Source: Spizellomyces punctatus DAOM BR117
Taxonomy: Eukaryota
Length of the DNA stretch: 64,000 nt
NCBI GenBank assembly: GCA_000182565.2
Contig: KQ257451.1
Strand: one strand, 5' to 3'
The notes beneath the pieces were generated by a model. It searched no databases, was not told the origin of the DNA, and saw only the letters and a list, made by a program, of their open reading frames with translations. Numbering within the stretch: the stretch's first letter is position 1; each line of letters begins with the position of its first letter. The translations under genes were made by a program, and so were the position numbers. Shown in pieces: positions 52,967 through 64,000 of this stretch.

Positions 52967-54189
52967 CTACTTCTGTTCCGCCGGTGTGGGCCCTCCCATT
53001 TCTACTGGCAAATGGTCTATACTATCCAAAACAATTGGCACAAATCTTACGTGCGCTGGGTGCTGCACAAGCGTTCGTGGGACTCTGTCCGGTACATTAC
53101 TGCCTGCTGCAGACCGGCACAGTGCGCCAGCAGCCTCAGCCTCCTCCCGACCAACCGCAATATTGTCATCCAAACTCGTGGGCCTCGTTGTTCCCATTGC
53201 TTTAGCCACTTGCTCATCCATGGATCCATTTACCAACTTGTCAAATGCAGTCAAATTTGTTGGATCCATTTCGATGATTGCATCAATGACATTGATGCAT
53301 GTGTTGTGATGAGTAAAGGCGCTCATGTGCTCCAATGAACGGTAAAGGATGGATGAGAGGATAATGCGGAGAAGACGACCGTGTACTACACAAATTCATC
53401 GTGATTCCTACAGCGACAGGGAAAGGGGAAGAGCTCAACGATCCACTTACTGACGATAGCAAGCCGTTCTTCCGGTCTTTTCAGTATATCATACAGTGCA
53501 GGTACCGATCGCTGTTCGACGTCCAATGGGCTTTCGCCGTTGGGAGCTTTGGCTTCAAAGTCTCCCTCCAGCCAGCTTTCCAAGAGATTACGGAGTTCAG
53601 GACTTTGTTGGCCTTCCCAATCCCCCCATGAAATTTCCGCCAACTCTTCGACTTCTACAAAGGGAAGATCTGCATGCTTCTGGTGGACAATTTGGGCCGT
53701 TTGCCTTGCTCGCTGCCATATAAAGCATAAGCAAACTGGCAGAGCTCATTCAACGGTCCCCCACTTTGGCCACCGTCATCGAAAGCGTCCACTGGACCAC
53801 CTTCAATTGCATAGTCACACAACGTGCTATTATGTTTACCTTTAGTTTGCTGCTCATGACGATATCGATATCTATGCTAGACATTCTGTCTCGCAGACAT
53901 TCTGCTTGCCGGACTCCCTGCAACATAGCGAAATCAAATGATTAGGAACAAAGTTTCCCAATACGCTGAGTGTATAAAAGGCTTCCAATGCGGCACCTTT
54001 GCCAAATATGTAACATACAGCTGGGTTCAAATACTCGTCAATACCAGATCCTTGCAACACACCGAGAGCATTTGGCGCTGTTTCTCCATGGCGACATAAG
54101 AAAAGTCGTTTGACAATGCTGGTTGAGGTTGGTGGCTTTGTTAGCGGAGGAAAAGGAGGGAAATTGGTCTGAGAGACTGAGGAAGCCAT
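52967..54189 (-). CDS. Histidine phosphatase / phosphoglycerate mutase-family protein
   Basis: LFLCRHGET, LQGSGID, LAEISWGDWEG, NGESP and HNTCINVI. Confidence 0.88.
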
Positions 54190-54972
54190 CGTAATGGTGA
54201 ATGGAATTTAAGAAGAAAACCAGCTGCCCAGCCCAGTAAGAAAATCCAAGTTTCGAACGCGTTTTTGAACGAGATCAAAAAATGGTTCAAGCATCGCCTA
54301 GCTTGTTGTCCATCCCCATTGGGCCAGTTGCAGAGCCTTTTTCACTTTCTCTGTATCCAATGCGACGTACTCGGAGCAAAGGTCGCATGCTGCCCAATCA
54401 TCTCGTAAAAACACAGGATCCTCCTGTTACTGCCCTCAAATCATCTTCAAAAGGTCCTTCAATGAAAAGGAAGGCTGACATTTGGAAAAGTCCTCGGCCA
54501 TCATTCCTCACTTGAGGAGAACACAGCATTTCAAAATGACCACCGGCAGACCTCTCCTCTGCAGCCACTGCCGTTTACCACAGATATCGTCGACATTTGC
54601 TGGCTCAAAGTAGCATCCAAGGATCTCTGCAGTTTTCGAATACGCTTAAATAATATATTCCATCCTTTGAGGGACGACCCTCATCATTACAGAACAGTTC
54701 AGCACGTTGATGAAAGGTTATATCGGGTGATGCAGCATCGATGTCATCTCAGTACAATTGTACTGGCCCTTATTCCCCCCCTGCGCGGTGTTTGTCTTAC
54801 GACCCGACAGGCAACAGGTGATGTCCTTTGCGCTTACTAACGACGCGTTCAAAAAGGTCTTGCTATAAAGCCGGTCTTCCGCCCTCTGCACTTGGCGAGT
54901 GACACTTTTCCAAACCAATACGCTTACTATTTTGAAAGTGCTTCTTGGTGTTTGCCAAATATTTTGGGTTTA

Positions 54973-56816
54973 ATGGCTCCTCCGCATAGCACGAACGATC
55001 CGCGTGAAAATGACCCGCTACTCGAAGATGACACACCCAGTACCGCGGTCGCGGTGGACATTGACGACTCGCCGACCTGCGGAGAAGGGAGCACCAATAA
55101 GCAGATTGATGTAAAAGTGGACAAGGAGGTTAAGCTCGAGTTTGGTGGAGCGACTGGCGTTACTTTCATGATGATCTTCTTCCCAACAATCATGTACTAC
55201 TTTTGGCTGTGCCTCGAATTCAACAATGGTGCACTGGCACACCCTGACTCAATTAGTGACACTGGAGCATGGTTGGGACGAATGTGGAAGCTCCTGCGCG
55301 ATCATGCTACGCCAAATCTTTTCGCTGTGTCAACCTACGTTTTGTTCTGCGCTCTACAAGCCTTCCTGGCGTATACCATGCCCGGTCCTGTTGTGAAAGG
55401 ACTGCCAGTTCCTAGCTTAGGATTCAAGCAGTTGGAGTACCTTTGTAATGGGGTTGCCAGTTGGTATGTCACCCTTATTACAAGGTAAGCCATGCAGCTG
55501 GAAAAGTGCGATCTACATGAATGCAAACGTTAAACACGTTTTGACCCTGAAGCGCGATTCTTCATTTGACTGGAATCTTTCCTTTGTCACGAATCATCGA
55601 TAACTTTGGTCCCATCATGACTGTGTCTATTATCGCTGGCTTCGCTGTGACGATTGGCACATATGCGTATGGCATCTGGTCAAAGAATACCCATCGCATG
55701 TCTGGCTATTTCATGTATGTTCCATTCCCAGATACACTGAATGTGACCTGCTATCCCCTCTACTCTGCCGTTGATGCACACCTCTAAATACAAAATAGGT
55801 ACGATCTCTTCATGGGTGCCGTCCTGAACCCCCGGATTGGAAAGCTTGACCTCAAGATTTGGGCGGAGATCCGGATTCCCTGGGTCATTCTCTTCTACTT
55901 GTCAGTTTCAGCTGCTCTCAAGGAATACGAGACTACAGGACATGTCAGGGCAGAACTTTGGTTTATGGTGCTTGCCCATGGCCTCTACGTCAACGCTTGC
56001 ATGAAGGGGGAAGAGTGTATCCCAACGACCTGGGATATCTTCTATGAGAAGTAAGCAGTTTGCTTTGTCCCAGAACGTAAGAATACTGAGGCTCATCAGT
56101 GAGTGATTCCGGCACCATAGGTGGGGGTTCATGTTGATTTTTTGGAACTTGGTAAGCAGCGTCTAAGTATAGTGTCCGTAATGGGAAGTCTTTCTGACAA
56201 TGCTGTCTTTCCTTTTCGCTGTTCTCATGTAATCATCTAGTCTGGTATGTACAAGTAGCTGGCTTCTCGGATGTTGATGTTGCTCATGATTATTTCTAAC
56301 GTAGGTGTCCCGTTCACATATTGCTACTCGACCCTGTATCTCGTCAAGACCGAGACGGGTCGAGCACTTTCTCATTCTGTTCCATTCCTGGTTTTCAACT
56401 TTGCTCTCCTCTTGATTGGGTATTACATATGGGACACTGCCAATTCTCAGAAGAACCGTTTCCGAATGTCCCAAAGTGGAACGTATATCCCCCGTAATAC
56501 CTTCCCCCAACTACCATGGGGCACCTTGCATAACCCTACCTATATTAAAACGGAGCATGGAAGTTTGCTTCTCACGTCCGGCTGGTGGGGAATTGCTCGC
56601 AAGATCCACTACACCGCTGACCTGATGATGGCGTTGAGCTGGGGACTCATCTGCGGAACAGGAAGTTTGATACCATATTTCTACCCCGTATTTTTCTTAA
56701 TTGTCTTGGTTCACCGCGTTACTAGAGATATGGAAAGGTGTAGTATAAAGTATGGAAAGGACTGGGAGACTTACTGTCAAAAGGTGCGGTGGATTTTCGT
56801 GCCGTATATATGGTAA
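54973..56816 (+). CDS. ERG4: Delta24(24(1))-sterol reductase (ERG4/ERG24 family)
   Basis: EFGG, [64 protein letters not shown] and KYGKDW. Confidence 0.92.
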
Positions 56817-56976
56817 AACGTCAAACCCTTTTGTAAAAATGTCAAAGAGCCGTATAAATACGCAAATCTTTATAATCTCCTGGTTGCTTATACATAATGA
56901 ATATTTTGAAAAAAAGAGTATGTGCATGAAAGGTTGCAGGAAAATATAGAACGGAACAGAATAAGGAAGGATGACA

Positions 56977-57754
56977 TCATGGCTGGTCATTTGAGATAAA
57001 TCGAAGACCAAAGCTAATAAAACAAGCAGGTTAGCGGGATAGTAGATTAGCAAGGACCAAGACGAACAACGTTACTCACTTGATTCCTACGGCGAGGAAG
57101 ACCACCGCCACCAACACCAAAGCCCCCACCATATCTTCAAAAGCGGTGCCTTTTTCTACGTGCCGTAACGTTAAGATAGAATCCCCGCAATAGCGCAAAT
57201 ACTTGACTTACCGATATGTTGTAGCCTCTCCGCCCGCGCCCAGAACTGAAGTAACGAATAGAACATAATAATCACAGAAATGACTCCAAAGATTACGCCT
57301 GCAGCTTGTCCAACTTTGTCCCCAAAGTTAAGCAGACCGACCGCGAGTCCCCCCAAAACCAGACACACTATCATAGTTATTAATACTTTCGTCAGTATAA
57401 GTTTCCATTATCAATGGCTGGCCAGGAGCAATGCTTACACTGCATCCATGACAAGAACGTTCTTTCATTTGCAAAAAACCCCTTTGGGTTTGGAGGAATG
57501 GGGCTCTGGTTAACGGCTGCCCGCTGTCGGCGTCGTCGGCGTCCTGGTAGTGTTCCCCAGGACTCCAAGAAGGAAAAGAAACCGGTGCGACTGAAGACGG
57601 GCATGTCTGAACCTGCGTCACTCTCAGTCACTTGGTCGACTTCACGGCTGGCGTCACGGCTGGCGTCACGGCTGGCGTCACGGCTGTCAGTCACTTGGTT
57701 GACTTCGCCAATATCTTCACGGCTGGCTTCAACGGGAGCAGATACTTCGGCCAT
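56977..57754 (-). CDS. DUF202 / VTC1-like three-TM protein
   Basis: PKGFFANERTFLSWM followed by three TM segments (LGGLAVGLLNFGD, GVIFGVISV, LVLVAVVFLAVGINF). Confidence 0.8.
57642..57686. repeat. 12-bp coding tandem repeat (tcacggctggcg x ~3.7) encoding (SRDA)n
   Basis: Seen directly; flanked by a near-duplicate 20-mer (tcagtcacttggtYgacttc at 57624 and 57687). Confidence 0.85.
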
Positions 57755-57925
57755 TGTGGTGGAGTGCAGGTGCCCGAACCTAGGTCTGCTCTTCCCCGTA
57801 AGACAAGTTCAGCAGCTGCTAAGCGCCACGTTTAAGCTCACATGACTGTCATGGTAACCGCAACTTGCAACCACTCACACACCAGCAGGTCTCTTCCCAG
57901 AAGGTTTACTGATCATTCCCCCACC

Positions 57926-58480
57926 ATGCTTCCAACAACATGCCTTCGGCGGGCTATACCGATAGTCAAAACAAGAAACCCGGCAGGGCTTACATCAGGA
58001 CAATACCTTGCCGGTACTCCATCCTCTACGCGCTACAACTCCTCGACCAGTAACAAGAAAGTCAAAGACGTTAGTGGTGCCGACAAACGTTACCAACTTA
58101 TTCGGGATATCCTTTACTCGCGTGAAGTACCTACGACACAACCTAAACCCATTCCGCCAGCGAGTGCTGCACTATTTACTGCCCCTGTAGCTACCGACCC
58201 TGCTAACCCTCAGGCACTGAAAAGAGATGCAATCGAACGTGCATGGGCGATACTGAAGGAAAGAGAAGCGGTAGCAAAAGTGCAAGAATTGAGGGGGATG
58301 TATGAAAGTATGAGGAGCGCAATGGAAGAGTTGGAAAGAACCGATCGTAGACTCTTTGAGGCAGCCAAGGTTGCGGCTGACAGAGAGGAAGTGGTGGTTT
58401 TCCCTAGACGTCTGCGTGTCCCCACCGACACGCCACCATTGGAAGGGTGGGATTATGATATGAAAACCGGGACTCGGTAA
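57926..58480 (+). CDS. Mitochondrial large-subunit ribosomal protein mL40-like
   Basis: Basic presequence; IERAW, MYESMRSAMEELE..DRRLFE and FPRRLRVPTDTPP..GW. Confidence 0.8.
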   Translation: MLPTTCLRRAIPIVKTRNPAGLTSGQYLAGTPSSTRYNSSTSNKKVKDVSGADKRYQLIRDILYSREVPTTQPKPIPPASAALFTAPVATDPANPQALKRDAIERAWAILKEREAVAKVQELRGMYESMRSAMEELERTDRRLFEAAKVAADREEVVVFPRRLRVPTDTPPLEGWDYDMKTGTR

Positions 58481-58598
58481 TTGATTATTTTAATAAGTTA
58501 TATTGCATCTCGGCCTTCTTTGAGGGAGCACTAGGACGTGTTCATAAATTTTCCCGTTTGCTCCTGGCGAAGCCTCAGTTGCATTATTCAGTGAACCT

Positions 58599-58637
58599 CC
58601 TGTAAGTCCACACGGTGAACCTGCGTGGACTTACAGG
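58599..58637. other. Perfect 13-bp inverted repeat (hairpin) between convergent genes
   Basis: cctgtaagtccac (58599-58611) / gtggacttacagg (58625-58637). Confidence 0.8.
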
Positions 58638-58731
58638 GAGAGTGGGCGAACAGTGTTAGGAATCAAGAAGGTTATATTTCGATGAACAATGTGCACACCC
58701 CACGTATATGTCCTACTTTTAGTACCCCAAC

Positions 58732-60680
58732 TCAATAGGCAGCTTCCCTGGCCATTGCGATCGCGGAAACAGGAACTACTGGCTTCCTACTACCCTTGGG
58801 AGCTGTCGCCTTTCTAGGCGGCGGAACTGGAGTACCTGCTCCAGCCATCCTTGCTTTTTCCCTGGCGATCTCATCCATCCAACCCACCATTCTCTGTTTT
58901 GAATCTGCGGTCATGTACGAAACCACATCCACAGAACCTGGTTTGTTCTCCAGGATGCTCATGAACCAGCCAGCCCCAGGTTGAGCGACATAGCTCGGAT
59001 TGAAAATCATCTCAATGCAGTATGGTGCGTAGATGAGTTCAGGATCTGCCGGATGGATATGACCAATTTGATGTAGTGGAAGGGCATAGACTGGCTTTGT
59101 CTACGGGTTTTCAAAGTTGGCAAAGTTATGCGTGAACAGATTGGCAAATGTCGTGGTAGTGTTGCCTTTGTCAATGTATGCCTACCTCGCGGTATTCAAA
59201 GTCAAATATTTGAAGTTCGTTATCGCGGAGAATGCACCAGTATTTGCGCCATATCTTGGAATAACAAAAATTGGGGTAAACTGGTCCGGTCAGGGTTCAA
59301 TGGGTCATAATAGTTCAAATATCCTACCGACGCGCCCGTGGTGTGAATTAAAAAGTTCAGATAATCTCCAAATTCGGGCTCTGCAGGAAGTGGCTCTGAC
59401 TTTGGGAAATCATGCAGAATGTTAGGTGCATACACCAACCGTGCCTCTTGCTGGTCATACCTCAGGTTCCGGACAATACTCTTCATCCAAGAACACGCCC
59501 ATCTGCATAGTGATCTTCGCAATTTCTTTCTTTCCGTTGGGAGACATGGCCATGTACTCAGCCGGAATTTTTGTGCCAACACTCGCTCGACCAGGCACAA
59601 TGAACGTCAGCTCGCCAAGCAACTGCCCGGCATCAGGCGCTGTTCCGCTTGGTGTGGACGTACCGCTTCCATTGAAGGCATTGAACCCCATTGACGACGA
59701 CGTTGGAGAACGACGAAGATTAGACAACAGTCCTAGCTTGGGGCGGAGAACGGTTGGGTCGGCGGCTGCTGGGACACAATCGAAGGAAGGAGAGGTGGAC
59801 AAATGAGGAGAAAAGTCGTTGGATAATCTGGCATTAGCCGGAACAGAATGAAGACGAATGGTGACACGAGTATCTTGGTCTTCGGTGTCGCTAGAAGAAC
59901 GAACTCTCAGAATATGATCAATGTCAAAACGATAATGGGGTAACTTACAAGATGAAACCTTCTCTAGGATACGCGATTAATCCAAAGCCTTTATTCGCTT
60001 CCTTTCGGAGAGATAAGGTTGCCGTATAGTGCGATTGGGAACCAATTTGGATGCGGCATACAATGTTGGTTGCTAAGATAAACAGTGAACATGTGGCTCT
60101 TGTTGGAGGGGAATTGCATACACGCACCATTGGTACTGCATTTCAAACGCAACTCCTCCAATTGCAGATACAACCTGCGAATTTTGAAGCTCCCTGCTTC
60201 CACATTATCGAACACCGCGGTTACCGGTCTTCTGTTGACTTTGCCCTTCTGCATGTGTGAACCGTTCATACCTCTTGCCCCTCCTTGTCGTGCCATTCCT
60301 GGTAATGCACGCGCTCCGGGCGCCGGCCGAATTTCTTCCGCACCCTCCTCAGACATGTCCATCAAATGCTCCGGAAACTCCATAACCGCTCCATGCGCAG
60401 ATATCAATCGCGTATGAGCAGCGGCCATATGTAAAGTATCGGGGTCAACTAGGCCAGTACTAGTACTATGGATCCATGTCCAAAGGGCTGGAGAGACCTT
60501 GTCCGCAATATGCAATGAGGGAGGAAAATGAATTGATTTTGGAGCAGCATCATTGAAGGGTATATTGATAGAGGATGGGTTTCCGTGGGTAGTTATTATG
60601 TCGGCATCATATTCCCCACTGTTGCGAAGTAGCGACTTGATGGAACGGACGGAACGTTGTTTCTTCAATGACGTTAACAT
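58732..60680 (-). CDS. C2-like + C-terminal PH domain protein (anillin/Bud4/rhotekin-like C-terminal module), multi-exon
   Basis: The spliced PH domain reads DYLNFLI..IWRKYWCILRDNELQIFDFE..PVYALPL..YMTADSKQRMVGWM; exon 59254-59186 is absent from the ORF track. Upstream beta-rich segments RLYLQL..VCRIQIG..EGFI..LGELTF. Confidence 0.65.
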
Positions 60681-60933
60681 TGTGCGGTAGTTAATCGACG
60701 TAAATGGCACTCGGCCCCAAATATCCGTTCAGAACTGGTGCTTCCTTACAAGAGTTTTCTCACGCAAAAGTGCGCCGGTGTTTTTGAACATGCTTTGGCC
60801 CGCGATGTGGCAGTGATTACGAGTTGTCCGAACGCGTCTTTGTCGCGTCGTATCACGTGAACTCGATTACTGCGCACCATCGTTGGGACGTTCATCTCGT
60901 CCGCGTGCGTGGTTCAGTCAGCAACTGTGAAAG

Positions 60934-63900
60934 ATGCTTTCAGGAACATCACAGTCATCTTTACGCGCAGATGCAGTAGAGTTCACGCCGTCAAGTGCGA
61001 GCTTCCATCCCCAACCACTTCCTTACTATGTCCATGGTTTGACCGGCGCGCAGCAGGAGGCGCACCCTGCTTGCTATGCACCAGCTGCCGAACATGCATA
61101 CCTACTTTCCAATAACGTTCATTATAGAAACATGTTGCCAAGTTGGGAATGGTCATCGTACGGTTTACCTCAGCCACCCACCATGCCACAGCCTCCTATG
61201 GACCTGCCGGTACCGATGGAAGTTGATCTAAGCGACGCCGGAGCTTTCCCAAGACCTCATAGACCAAATATTGGACAGAGAGGCAGACCAGTAAGGCTTC
61301 TTACAAACTTTTACAGAATGTCGTCTCCTGATATAAAAATCTATCATTATGGTAAGTCCCAGATGCTCGGTGAATACGTCATCTGAGTTGCATTGAGATG
61401 AACAGCCTCACCGATAGGAATCTTATTTATGCAGATGTCGAAATCCACCCAGAAAATATTGTTGCAGTCAATCGCAAAGTTTTAGAAGCATGGCGACGAA
61501 TGCCTCGAGATCCTACGCAAAGTCATGTTGCTGCAGCCGCTGTCTATGATGGGCGGAGAAACCTATTTATGCCGACAGAGTATCCACTGGCCAACGAAAC
61601 AACATTCCGGGGAAAGACTCGACGTGAGGAGGTATTTTATGTCGAGCTTTCTGAAAGTGTGGTTGCTGAGGCTGTTGGAGCCCACCCAGTGAAACGGTAT
61701 GTTCTTCTCATTTCCTGGAATCCCACGCGCTCTTATTTACATTGGAACATCCCCAGTGGACCTCAGCGCTACAAACTTCGACTACGAAAGGTAGCAGAGA
61801 TAGACATGGAGCGCCTTCACAAGTTTCTGGACGGCCGTTCTCTAGAGTTGCCGCGAGAGACCATAATGGTTCTGGAAGTCATGCTGCGACATCGTCCAGC
61901 ACTGCTTTTGCAATCAGGTGGAACAGGAGGTGGTTTCTACACCAGCGACGGTGCAATGCGCATTCGGGGAGGACTGGCCATACACCCTGGATGGTATCAG
62001 AGCCTCAGGCCGACCTTTGGTCAATTGTTGTTAAATTTGGATATCTCCTCGACGGCCTTTTACCAGAACGGTTGGTTTCACCAGAGCCCTTCCGCGGTCC
62101 ATAGCAGAGCGCTAAAGTGAGCAGTTCACCTATAGGAGCACTTCTGGATATCGTAGCCCGCTTCTTTCAAAGAGAAACCATTCAGGAAGTCAGTATAGAG
62201 ACGTCGCGCGATCTTCAACGACTTACCCGCTTTCTGCAAGATGTCTCTATAGAAATTACGTACCGCACGACCGGTCGTCGCCGCTACAAAGTGAAAGGCC
62301 TCACTCCCACATCAGCAGTCGAAACTCACCTCACAATTGGCAAAAGTTCATCAATGCAATATATCAGCGTCGCCGAATATTTCAAGCAAAAATATGACAT
62401 TGAATTGGCCCATCCAAATTTACCCTGCGTTACCTCGGGGACGAAGAATGACATTGTAATTCCAATGGAGTTGTGTGTCGTGCGGCCGAATCAGCGACAT
62501 ACTGGGAGACTCAACGATAGACAGGCTTCAGAGATGGTGAAGATTACGGCGTTATTGCCCAAAAACAGACTAGGGAGGATTGAGCAAGGCAAACAGTATG
62601 TCTTTCTTATGAGAACGCAAGTGACCAGGAGTAAGAAAACTAAGACAACTCTCGTAGAGTAATGCACAGCGATGCAGCGCTCTTCGCAGCCTGGGGGGTA
62701 CAGCTCGAGCCGCAAATGGTTGAGATAGAAGGTCGAATTCTACCGCCCCCACAACTCTCATTTCAACCACTTCCTCAGCCGCTTCTTCCCGGCCAGCCAA
62801 ATCTCGCTTCACAAACATCAAATCTGATTGGGATTCCGGAGTTTGGGGCATGGAAGATGGAGCGTACTCGGAAATTTGCAGCTGGTGCTTCACTCAGATT
62901 CTGGTCCGTTGCGGTGTTTGGGGATGAAAAAGACGTTCCTATTGAAACTGTTCAGGCATTTGTTCTGATGCTCATTCACGCTATGGAGGATAAAGGAATG
63001 GAAGTGTATAACCACAGACCAGAGATTGTGTATGGGCCCGCAAGGAGTGAGGTTGCGGCCACATTGACGCTGGCGGAAGAGAAAGCACGGGAGAACCCTG
63101 AAGCTGGCGCCAGAGTCTTGGGTGGGTTATCTGGCCACGCAGAGGTGCAGCTGGTATTGTGCATCATTTCTCAGAAGCATACTGTAAGTCGGCTAGTGTT
63201 CCCTGGATATACGAATCTCACTCAATGCGTTCGTTTGCAATACGTAGGTCTACAATGACATCAAGCGTGTTGCTGAAACCCAAATGGGTCTCATGACACA
63301 GTGTTGCATGTCTCGTCAAGTGCTAAAGCTTGAAGCAGCATATGTTGGCAATCTAATCCTAAAACTTAATACCAAGCTGGGCGGTATTAACGTCTTTGTG
63401 GATCCTGTTAAACAATTGAGATGTTTGGGTGAGCGGACGAGTACCATGATCTTTGGTGCGGACGTGACACATCCACCACCTGGGACCATCGAAGGACGGA
63501 GTATTGCAGCCGTGGTGGGCAGTGTAGACAGCAGGTCAGTTCAGACAATTCGTGATGCTGCCTCTGGTTAGCTCTATAGCTGAATCTCGTCTGATTATTA
63601 AGGTTTTGTGAGTACCGGGCATCGATTCGCATCCAAAATGCCCGGCAAGAAATTATTACCGATTTGGCGTCGATGGCATCCGAGCTCCTCGACCTGTTTT
63701 ACCAACGTGCTAAAATCTATCCCAAGCGGATCATATTTTATCGTGATGGTGTTTCGGATGGTCAATTTACTGAAGTTGCTTTGCAAGAGATTGCAAACTT
63801 GAGGAAGGCGCTTGTGGACAAGGGTGTTCAAGACGCGCGAATTACATTCCTGGTGGTGAACAAGCGACATCATGTTAGAGTTTTCCCAGTGGAAGACGGA

Positions 63901-64000
63901 CTGGAGAGAGGAAGAGTGATGGATCGCAAGGGAAACGCTATGCCTGGGACGGTGGTTGATACTGGTGGGTGTTCTTCTCATTTGCACATGAACAAGGTCA
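60934..64000 (+). CDS. Argonaute (N, L1, PAZ, MID, PIWI); runs off the window end
   Basis: GRPVRLLTNFY, VYDGRRNLF, GWYQSLRP..LLLNLDISSTAF, ISVAEYFKQKY, IPMELC, TQCC, KLNTKLGGIN, FGADVTHP, RQEII, YRDGVSDGQF, KRHH and GTVVDT. Confidence 0.96.

Noticed and set aside
54282-54515. 77-aa ORF upstream of ERG4
   Set aside because: No motif or splice support; it could be a uORF, but the sequence alone does not support that.

Overview
Gene-dense, intron-rich eukaryotic DNA with mostly short GT-AG introns. The gene set (STE24, ERG4, VTC1-like, RSN1/OSCA, Sec1, Scw1/Whi3-like RRM) is fungal. An early-diverging fungus such as a chytrid is my inference and cannot be proven from this window. I reconstructed about 28 protein-coding genes by eye, most of them housekeeping, plus one 100-N gap. 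Highlights: (1) a giant gene of about 2,545 aa at 3698-11740 (-) with about 47 predicted TM helices, arranged as a 7TM receptor-like block, a second 7TM block, a degenerate GDPD-like domain, eight tandem 4-TM modules and a disordered tail; (2) an Argonaute whose N-terminus carries a PAM2 (PABP-binding)-like motif; (3) a spliced NZF-NZF-WWE-RING protein resembling an ADP-ribose-directed E3 ligase; (4) a secreted precursor (20% Tyr in its mature region) with identical 39-aa repeats and dibasic sites; (5) a ~450-bp element with 29-bp terminal inverted repeats just upstream of the giant gene; (6) a Sec1/Munc18 protein with a UIM in a ~600-aa Pro-rich tail. All calls are by-eye pattern recognition, with no database searches. 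Exon boundaries are predictions.
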